This document shows positions 15,031-25,233 of a stretch of 64,000 bases of DNA, in pieces. The position numbers were made by a program, and so were the translations under genes. The notes under the pieces are model-generated. The model did not search any database, was not told the origin of the DNA, and saw only the letters and a list, made by a program, of their open reading frames with translations. This DNA comes from Balanoglossus misakiensis. Taxonomy: Eukaryota > Animalia > Hemichordata. The DNA is taken from the NCBI GenBank assembly GCA_040954595.2, contig CM082590.2, forward strand, positions 6,386,001 through 6,450,000, given 5' to 3'. The stretch's first letter is position 1; every line of letters starts with the position of its first letter.

Positions 15031-15369
15031 TACAGTCAAACCTGTGTTAGTGGCCACCCCATATAGTGGTCACCTGTATACGGCCACTTTGTTACATTCC
15101 CTGTGCAATTCACATGTGCAATTATTCACCTCTATATAAAGGCAACCTGTCTATAAAGGCCAGTAGTAGGAAAGTCCCTTGACTGGCCACTATAGACCCC
15201 TGTTAGTGGCCACCCCTATATAGCGATCACCTATATATAGTGGCCACTTTGTTACAGTTTCTGTGCAATTCACATGTGTGTTAATTAACCTCTATATAAA
15301 GGCCACCTGTCTATAAAGGCCAGTTTAGGAAAGTCCCTCGACTGGCCACTATAGACAGGTTCGACTGTA
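15031..15369. mobile_element. Tc1/mariner-type MITE (TA target site, CAGTC termini)
   Basis: TA-CAGTCAAACCTGT...ACAGGTTCGACTG-TA with internal GGCCAC repeats. A related fragment lies at ~12768-12900. Confidence 0.75.
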
Positions 15370-15450
15370 TTAACAGCTTCACAACATTGATATTCACACA
15401 CTGAGTGGTCATCAAATATAAAATCGCAATTCCGATCTCAGTACTGTTAC

Positions 15451-18400
15451 CTACTTGGTTTCTTGATCTTCTTTCGGTTTCGGTTTGGTGTGCGATTTCC
15501 CGTAGACGCTGTCCAGTCCAAGGCCCATGAAAACCATGGCGACGCCTGTCCATTGCCGCGGCAACAGTGGGTTGACGAAGATTATGACTGAGGCCAGGAT
15601 AGTGAAGAATTTCCGTGTCGTGGTGATGATGGAACACGTGAGGGGTCCGAATGTGGTGACGGTTATGAAAATAAATACCTACAATGAGAAAAAAAATAAT
15701 TTGTCACACTATTACGATTCGAGGGCTGGGTTACTGTAACCCATTTATTTCCTGAAGGAAATTTAACTATCATCAAAAATGTTTGCAGTCTGTCACTAAA
15801 CACAGATGTCATCAAACAACAACTCATTGCACTACAACTCTGTTATGACACTACAACTCTGTAGTTTATTAACCCTTCCAACACTGTAGTCAACTTGTCG
15901 TAATTTTTCACAAAATTAATTTAACCATATTTTTTTTCTAAAATTTGGATCAAGTCCTGTAGATATTTGAAAATTATATCCTCTTGGTCTAAAAATATGG
16001 GGAAAATGGGGAAAAATCTGTGAAAATGATAAAAATGTTGCACCACATCTTGTTTTGAGAGGCTATATACTTACCTGACCTATAGCACTGGTGCATCGAA
16101 ACAAAAAAATTCAACCTATGACTTTACCTTTTTTTCTCTAAAATTTTGATCAAGACCTGTGGGCAATTGAAAATTATGTCAACTTGATCCAGAATTATGA
16201 GGAAAAATAGAGAAAAGTGGGTGAAAATTTCAAAAATGTTGCACTTACTTGACCTACAGCACTGGTGCACCCAAACAAGAACATTAAAGGCAGAACACTT
16301 GGATGCCTGGATGTGAAACCCAGGAATGGTAACCCTTCACCTGTCAGCAAAATTCCTGAAAATGAAACAGAAAACCCGTCAATTTAAAGGCTGACGATTG
16401 TCTTATGTACGTGTGCATAATTTCATGTGTACAAACATTACGTCCAATCCAAATGTTCTTCAAATTGTGCATTCCACGCATTCAAATAGTGGACTGCCTT
16501 CACTTCCTTCCATATGCCATGCGCACTGTACAAGCAAACTTTAGTTTTGTCCCTTCATTTCACTGAAGTTGCTGTCTTTTCCTGATCTCCGACACAGACT
16601 ATGGTCACCGCCATCTTGTCTGTTGTTAGGACAGCACACTGCCTTTGGCAATGACTGTGTATACAATTTTGGTAACCAGAGTCTCTTGTTTGGCACATGT
16701 GCCTATGACGATCATCGTCACCGTTAAAACATCATAATATTACACAAAATATTACAGTCCCCCACCCCCCTCCTCAGCCTGAGACCCCTGCCCCCCCCCC
16801 CCCCAAATATTCTGGCAAAGAGGGGGGGGGAAATTCCCCCTGCTATCCTACAGATGAAACACTGCATATTTTTATAAACTCGAATTCTTACCGACAGCAA
16901 GATACAACATCGACCAGAGATTCATATTGAACATCATGGCGTGAGATCCGGTCTTGTGATCGGTTCGCATTCTCTCCTGAAACGCTCCTGTCACACCGTC
17001 TAACGTCAGTGAAGTCAGCTGTAATCAGTGAAAAATGCTTTCAGAAAACCATGAGAAATGTACAATCAAAACACTATGAGCTGCACAGAAAGCTTACACC
17101 ATCTGAGGTCAGTGAAGTCAGCTGTATTCAGACAAAGACACAGTATTAGAAAACCATGACAGATGTACAATCAAAACACTTTCAGCTGCACAGAAGGAAT
17201 ATACTGATCATATATCAAAGCTGATCGAAATCTGATCATCCATTCTTGAGATATCGTGCTACCAGACAGACAAACACTCACACGGAACGTGCTATATAAC
17301 ATTACCTCAAGTGATGTGATCATGCAAAATATAACTGAGACTTGCAACAATGTAAACAATAACTGTTTCTTTTTAACTGAGACTTGCAACAATGTAAACA
17401 ATAACTGTTTCTTTTCAACTGAGACTGGCAACAATGTAAACAATAACTTTCTTTTCAACTGAGACTTGCAACAATGTAAACAATAACCATTTCTTTTCAA
17501 CTGAGACTTGCAACAATGTAAACAATAACTGTTTCTTTTCAACTGAGACTTGCAACAATGTAAACAATAACCATTTCTTTTCAACTGAGACTTGCAACAA
17601 TGTAAACAATAACTGTTTCTTTTCAACTGAGACTTGCAACAATGTAAACAATAACTGTTTCTTTTCAACTGAGACTTGCAACAATGTAAACAATAACTGT
17701 TTCTTTTCAACTGAGACTTGCAACAATGTAAACAATAACCATTTCTTTTCAACTGAGACTTGCAACAATGTAAACAATAACTGTTTCTTTTCAACTGAGG
17801 CTGGCAACAATGTAACAATAACTGTTTCTTTTCAACTTCACTGATGAAAAATGCGATAGTCAGTGCATTTGTTCTGTGCAACTCAAAGTGTTTTCATTGT
17901 ATTTTGAGTCTTTATGTATAACAATTCATAATTTCAGCATTTTCTAAACAGCTTATTGGCCATTTTTTGTGGTGGAAAAGACTATATTCCAATCATGATT
18001 ATTCAGTTTATTTTATCATAGCAATTAAATGTAGCAAAAATAAATTAAATTTGCATGTATATGACTGCCCAGCTGTAAATTATATTTTCCAATTACTTTG
18101 AGGTAAGAATAAAAAAACAATACTTATATTTTCATGATTTTTATATCTACTGGTACATTGTACATCAATCATTTTAAAAATTTAAAATAAAAGAGAAAAC
18201 AGGGTGTTTCCCTAGTACATTTTTCAGTTAGAGGGTCTACAGGAAACATTTCAATTTAAGACTTTAGCACATTCCATGTGCTATAATTTTCCTGTCACTG
18301 AAATACTCAACATCAGAAATAGAAGCAAACATTTTAAAGGGACAAAGTCTCTCTCTCTCTGCCCTTTTTCCATTAATTATGTTTGATACAAGACACCGTT

Positions 18401-20203
18401 TACGTTAATGTACATGTGGATATATAGTGTATCAACGTTCAACCACACACAACTTCCATCCCACTTGTAGACACGAGAGCGAAAACTCCGCCAAAATGAA
18501 TAATCGGTCTTTACCATTTATTCATTTTGGCAAGATTTTTACTCTAAAATCCTACAAATGGGATGAAAGATGTGTGTGGTCGAACATGTGCGTAAGACGA
18601 TTGTGGCCCTTTAACAAGAAAGAAGACTTAATCTGTGTGGGATAAGTTACTGTAAAACAGGAAATTTTCGCGACAGGAAATTTTCGTGATATCAAAAGAG
18701 TCAACACTTACGCGAATATTAATTTTCGCATTCTTGTATTTCACTGCATTGTCATCGCCAAACATTACGCGACTTTTTTTTCATTTTTTTTGCTCTCGTG
18801 TAGTTCGCGAAAATTTATCGTTCGCAAAATTTCCCCTATTACAGTATTCGACTTACCAGTAGCATTTCCCCTATTCCAAATGTGTTCCCACTGTCTTCTG
18901 TAGACACATTGTCTTTATACATAAACATTGTTATTCCCAACACTATCAGTAACACACACAGATACTTTGCTACATTGTAACGTTTTCTTGCAAATATAAC
19001 TCCAAGTACCATCACTGCAAAAAAGAAATAGACGAATGACAGGGTACGTACTATGTTAATGTGATCAAATTGCCATCTGCCTTGTGTAAGGACGCTTTCT
19101 ATTGGTCAAATACACTGTGATTATTACATTATTCCTTTCATTCAGCTCCACTTTCACATTTTGGTGACTCTTAACCCTTTCACCCCCAGTTCCTTCTTTA
19201 GAGGTCCAACCTTACCATAGAAAACAATGGCTTTGGACTGCACCATTGTGGTAAAGGGGTTAAGTATCATTTGCCAGCTGTAACAACCAGGAACAGTGCA
19301 CTCTCTCTTACTTTTTTCGGACATTTACACGGGTTAGAAATTGAGGACAGAAAAATTCAGTGTTGATGCATCGATTAGCCGAGCCAAGTCGATCTCTAAT
19401 CTCTGAACCCTTTTTGAAAGAACTCCATGACCTGTCTGCATCATCTGTGGGATACAGCATTATTTTGTTGAGTGACAACTTCATAAGGGATATTCTGACG
19501 CCGGCTGTTCCCAAGTACAGTGAATAAAAAATACCACAGCTGCTATGCCACATCATGAGGGATAGCAACTTGTGTTTTCCACAGATTATTTCCAGAGGTC
19601 ATGGGTAGCAATACTGTTACAAAGGCTTTAAACTCCATTAGCTGTATCTTCTCCCTATGTTTAAAGAGACAAGGTCTCTCTCGCTGCCCTTTTCTATAAA
19701 CTATGTTTGACCATTTATGTTATTCTACATGTGGATATATAGTGAATCAACATTCAACCATACACAACTCCCATCCCACCAACGTTTAATAAGAGGTAAA
19801 CACTGATTATTCATTTTGGTGAGTTTTTCACTCTCGTGTCTAGAAGTGGGATTATTTACTCCATAGACTTAACACAGAGGTTGGCGGCCATTTTGAATTT
19901 CAAAATTTACGACAATTTGATGCAATTTTGCACTGTCCTTTCAAATTTAGCACCATGACCCCCAATTTTTATTTGAGAGAGAATTCAGAGTAATCTAAAG
20001 TTGCTTTGAGCAAAATAGCAGAGAAAATTTCAGGCTTTCATTTTCAAGAGGCATTCTACCCTCAAATTTAGCAGTCTGACAGACAGACAGACAGACGACA
20101 AACAAGACAGACAGAGAGACAGACAAAAAGACAGAGAGATTGACAGACAAACAGACAGAGAGAGAGACGACAGACAAACAGACAGAGAGAGAGACAACAG
20201 ACA

Positions 20204-20245
<42 letters not shown>

Positions 20246-23024
20246 CAAACAAGACAGACAGAAACTGCCTTGAGACTTACCTGGGATTGGTTTACAAGAT
20301 TTTCCTAAAACTTGTGTCGGATAATTGACGTGTCGTAACGCCCAATTGCTGGCCACCATGGCACCAATGTATGAAAATGCACACGCAGCATAATTGGGAT
20401 TTGGTGTGGAGTCTGCTCCTGGCTTCAGTAAATAAATAACTGTAAACAAACAAACAAACAAAACAAACAAAACCCTGTTGTGATTCAATTGCGTACAATA
20501 ACTATGAGAATCATATTTCAACTTAAAGGGACAAAATCTCTTCCTCACTGCCCTTTTTCCATTAATTATGTTTGATACAAGATACCGTTTATGTTATTCT
20601 GCATGTGGATATATAGTGAATCCATGTTCGACCACACACACCTCCCAGGACAAAGACTCTCTCTCGCTGCCCTTTTTCCATGAATTATGTTTGTTAAAAG
20701 ACACCGTTTATGTTATTCTACATGTGGATATATAGTGAATCCATGTTCGACCACACACACCTCCCAGGACAAAGTCTCTCTCTCGCTGCCCTTTTTCCAT
20801 GAATTATGTTTGATACAAGACACCGTTTATGTTATTCTACATGTGGATATATAGTGAATCCATGTTCGACCACACACACCTCCCAGGACAAAGACTCTCT
20901 CTCGCTGCCCTTTTTCCATGAATTATGTTTGTTAAAAGACACCGTTTATGTTATTCTACATGTGGATATATAGTGAATCCATGTTCGACCACACACACCT
21001 CCCAGGACAAAGTCTCTCTCTCGCTGCCCCTTTTCCATTAATTATGTTTGATACAAGACACTGTTTCTGTTACATGTGGATATATAGTGAATCAATGTTC
21101 GACCACACACTCAAAAGGGCCTATACAAGACCCTCAAGCCAAACCATTTGGTACATTTTACTGCCAAGTGTGTCTAAGTACGTATGAGAGCCATGTCAAA
21201 ACAGTCAAAACATGCTTTAGAAGAAAATGCACATACATATTTTAAAGGGACACAGTCTCTCTCTCGCTGCCCTTTTTTCCATTAATTATGTTTGATACAA
21301 GACACCGTCCATGTTATTCTACATTTGGATATATAGTGAATCAACATTCAACCACACACAACTTACATCCCGTTTGTAAGATATGAGAGTAAAAATCTCG
21401 CCAAAATGAATAGACGGTAGAGACCGATTATTCATTTTGGTGAGTTTTTACACTCTCGTGTCTACATGTGGGATTGAAGTTGTGTGTCGCTGAATGTGGA
21501 TTCTCTATATATCCACATGTACAATAATATAAACAGTGTCTTGTATCAAACATAATTTATGGGAAAAGGGCAGCGAGAGAGAAAGACTTGACACTCTAAA
21601 CAGGTGTGACACCCAGTTAGGTTTATACAGGGAAATGGTGGGGATGAAAGAAGCTATGTCAAAACACTTACCTATTCTCGCCACACTGGCATTTATTATA
21701 CATTGCACAAACACTAAGGATAACGTATACTTGAAATATTCTGCATCTTCTCCCTCTCCATACTTGCCACGTGTTCTGGAAATAAGAAAAGAAAATTATG
21801 TGAATAAATCCAGAAATGGAAAACTTTAAATGGAAAAGTTATAACCGTTTAAACCTTTAAATATATCACAAATTTTCACAATAAAAATATTAAATCTAGG
21901 TGCAACATTTTCTCATTTTGATGTACTGGTAAACAGGAGATTTTCGCAAACTATAAATTTTTCGAGAAGTACACGAGATCCAAAAGAACGCAAAAATAAA
22001 AAGTTGCATATAATGTTTTTTGAGACAGATATATATCATGTATACATGAAAATACATTATCCCTTTCATCCCCGTTTCCCCTTGTAGAGGTCCAGTTTTA
22101 CCATGGAAAACAATGGATTTGGACCAAACTAAGTTGGTGAAAGGGTACAATGATGTGTTGAGTTGTAACAGCTGTTGTTGAGTGTGTTGATGAGTTGATG
22201 CAAATTAACTTGAAAAATTAAATGAAATAGAATAGAATCGAAATTAGTGTTAGAATATTCCGAATGTCCCCTTCACTTTCTTTTAAACAACGATCGTCAG
22301 TAACCACGGCTCCTAGTTGCCGATGATAACTGATATTGTAACAACAGTGATTAAATTATCAACTAGCACTGTTCCAACTTCCATCCAGGATGCCAAAATA
22401 TTTTTATTTTATTTATTTATTTATTTTTGGGGGAGGGGGTTCCACTCTGAAAAGGTCAAATGTAATATCTCCAACATGTGAGGGCACTGCCCCCCCCCTG
22501 ACAAATTGCGAGGGGGTGACTCTCAACATGTCAACACCAGGGTGAATCCCCCCCCCCCCCCCAGTCTAGATGCAACACTGGTCGTGTACAGCTGTGCAAT
22601 ACAATAGCCCCACATGTACATGTCTGCTTGCTCCAAGCATTACACAGCCTCCACGGTAGAAGCCGTGTAACGCCGGTAACACACAGACCTGTCACCGGCC
22701 TATCACTATCAACATACATGCGTGGAATGACCTTGATGAGAACCTGAACTGGTGACAAGGTCAAACCTCGCTCGTCCAAAATCAATCTACAATACGGTAT
22801 CTATACTATACTTACATCTTTTCCTGGACGATGCCATAGAAAAAATAGCTGACAAATATTCCCAAAAAGCAAACAAGAAGTTTCGCCCTGGAGCCCGCTG
22901 CCACGTCAGCGTTCATAGCGTTACGTTTGCGTTCACTCGATCCTGTATCTGATGATGGATTTTCAACATCGAAGTTGTCCGATTCCTTGATACTATCACC
23001 GTCCGAACTGCTGTTGGGAATCAT
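15451..23024 (-). CDS. SLC35B1: Solute carrier family 35 member B1 (ER ATP/ADP exchanger AXER / UGTrel1); 7 coding exons, 363 aa (327 aa from the second ATG)
   Basis: GT-AG exons 23024-22816, 21775-21672, 20439-20281, 19014-18857, 17018-16892, 16355-16249 and 15678-15451 splice in frame (1092 nt). The peptide has family motifs [65 protein letters not shown] and [23 protein letters not shown]. Confidence 0.97.
17333..17836 (+). repeat. 42-bp minisatellite, ~12 copies, in SLC35B1 intron 4
   Basis: Unit AACTGAGACTTGCAACAATGTAAACAATAACTGTTTCTTTTC. Confidence 0.96.
18334..18614. mobile_element. MITE family A, internally deleted
   Basis: Same left end; ends CCCT-TTAA. Confidence 0.8.
18648..18846. 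mobile_element. TACTGTAA...TTACAGTA MITE
   Basis: Terminal inverted repeats with internal TTTTCGCG/CGCGAAAA motifs. Related right ends lie at ~48030, ~49170, ~50325 and ~60740. Confidence 0.65.
19171..19263. mobile_element. ~93-bp piggyBac-like mini-MITE (TTAA-CCC...GGG-TTAA)
   Basis: Further copies at ~12955-13050, ~13095-13195, ~22060-22150, ~28248-28330 and ~32376-32470. Confidence 0.65.
19661..19850. mobile_element. MITE family A fragment
   Basis: TTAAAGAGACAAGGTCTCTCTCGCTGCCC plus internal motifs. Confidence 0.7.
20077..20262 (+). repeat. Degenerate (GACA)n microsatellite
   Basis: Direct reading. Confidence 0.9.
20523..21110 (+). repeat. 119-bp x5 tandem repeat derived from the left arm of MITE family A
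   Basis: Units start at 20529, 20648, 20767, 20886 and 21005. Confidence 0.93.
21242..21590. mobile_element. MITE family A
   Basis: Both TIR arms present; right tip degenerate. Confidence 0.82.
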
Positions 23025-23200
23025 ATGCAGATTAGAAATTTCCCACGTTATGATTAACTCTTCCGGGAAGCCAAGCCGCTAATGACTGGACGTCCTATAA
23101 GTCATGTGGGTCGACTCGTCAAATCAGAATAAGCCACATTTCGGTGACTGGGGGCGGCCATCTTGGTTCTTGTGTACTGTAAGGCGCCCTCCCCTTACGA
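23025..23200 (-). promoter_or_regulatory. SLC35B1 5' UTR/core promoter with a YY1-like motif and GC box
   Basis: CpG-richer segment upstream of the ATG. AAGATGGCCGCC lies on the minus strand at 23153-23164, overlapping GGGGCGG. Confidence 0.45.
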
Positions 23201-23737
23201 AGCGCAATGAACTTTTGTTTGTTTTTTGCCACTGGTGCGTCCCGAGTCTGAGTGAAAACTTATTCACGTCGTACAAAGTTCTTTTAAACGATTCTCGAAA
23301 TTTATGAACTGCATATTTACGGCAAATATTTGTATGTATTACTATACATACACCAGTATAATCATCGCACAAAGGATTGTCCAGATAATACATTGTAATA
23401 AGCGCGTTTCCAGTTGCAGATACCCATGACGCTCTGCGCGAGGTCACGGGGTCAAAAGGTAAAACTTTAGGTTAGCGTAGCAGGCGACAACATAATTACA
23501 TGTCTGCTATATACCACTACACAAACCGATTACGTGCCTAGCTTCACTATTCACGTCCTATATCGGTGTTTCCGTTCAGGCCTAAGGAAATACGCGTCGG
23601 CAAAAAGTTATGAAAGTCGCCAAAAATTCGAGTGACAATTATGTTGACGACCGACCGATGCATAATTCTGTATGAACACCAGGTAATTGTTGACAGTGTG
23701 ACTAAAACTATATTTTTAATTTATCTCTTGTAGAAAA

Positions 23738-24070
23738 ATGTCATCTCAGGGTACGGTATTCACGAGACTGAGCTATCGTAAGACACATTAAAATTATGGA
23801 AGGTGCCAGCTCTCAAAGCTTTCCTTCAGAAAAGAGATCTGCCTGTTTCTGGGAGAAAAGAAGAGTTGGTGGCACTAGCATATGCAGCACATATAAACAA
23901 GACACCTTTGGTTACAACAGCCATAGAGAAGGAGATATGATAACTGATATCCAGAAATACTTACAGGAACATGAGATTGATATTAGCAAGACCAGTTTAT
24001 CAAAAAGGCTGTTGAATGATTATAAAGAGGGTAAGGCATGCAGTCATTTCTCCTCACAGTTTTTTTGTGG
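23738..24070 (+). pseudogene. Decayed SAP-domain gene fragment, probably from a DNA transposon accessory gene (SAP/SWIM/YqaJ type)
   Basis: 23788-23940 reads LKLWKVPALKAFLQKRDLPVSGRKEELVALAYAAH (SAP consensus) and is bounded by stops. After a frame change it continues TDIQKYL...KRLLNDYKEGKACSHF. Confidence 0.6.
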
Positions 24071-25233
24071 CCAATCAGTAGTAGTAAATTAAGCTTAATG
24101 ATTGACTTCTAGGACGTCATAATTGTCATATGCTCTATGACATTTGGCCATTACAGATATTTTGAAATTGCTTTGCAGCTATAAACAAGATGGGTTCTTT
24201 TATGCTTTTACTTTCACACCGTATAGAAACCCTCGCAGCCATCCTTTTGCAATAAATAGCTGGGGGAAATTACCAGTGGTATGATGATTGCAAAGTGTGA
24301 TATATCAGCACAGATGGTTTGGGGGATAAGTAGGGCGTACTCTGTGTTGAAACAGTCGTTTTGGGGCTTTTGCTGAAATCGTCTTAAAAATCGACACGAA
24401 GCGGAACAGTAAAAAAAATCGGCATGGCCGTCTGTTTTTGCCAATGTGGTCAGGGGGTGCGTACTCTAAACTTCTAAAGCGGTAGGTTACAGAACACGTA
24501 TACCATCCCCAATGCTGTATCTAATGTTCGGTGTAATAAAATTTATAACATATGGTGCTCGGACAACATCATGATTTTAGCGTGGTTTGGTTCAAAAATG
24601 CATTTGGGAAGTCTATCTAGGGCTATGTACCATCTGCGCTAAATCTAAGCCTAACAGTAGCTGGCTCCAGTCCTGAGCCCTAAAATCTATATTCACGTAT
24701 TTCTGAAGTTGTTTTCTTTTGGGGACATGGCTTATCGGTGCAAAATTCTCACAGTCTCCTCAACTCACTATTGGACCTCAGAATTAAGCTTGGCGTAGAC
24801 AGCACAGTTAATTTTTGCATCGGTGTTCTGGTGACAAGGGATTGTTGGTCACAATTGATGAAGGACCCATACTCCGAAGTATGCAGTCAGAAATATCATG
24901 ACTGCATATTAATGTAAGCTCACAACAATATCATGTGCATTAATTTATATATCTATTTCTAACAGCTTTGCATAATGACAAACTTCCAGGCAATTATTTA
25001 TTTATTTTATTCGTTTATTTATTTGACGGGTCAACAGGCCCAATGGCCAAATAACATACTTTCATATACCTATGTATTCAACCTCTACAATACATGACCA
25101 ATAGCAATACATACATGCATGCATGCATGCATGCAATATCAAGTAAGGCATCGAAGCTATGCGTATATATACCATATGACTGGCTAATTGTCATAGTGAC
25201 ATTTTCTGTGGCCATTCTCCATGATCCCTTGCT

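Noticed and set aside
17171-17881. 236-aa Cys-rich repeat ORF ([14 protein letters not shown])n resembling a metallothionein or zinc finger
   Set aside because: Translation of a 42-bp intronic minisatellite; open in more than one frame, with a non-ATG start.
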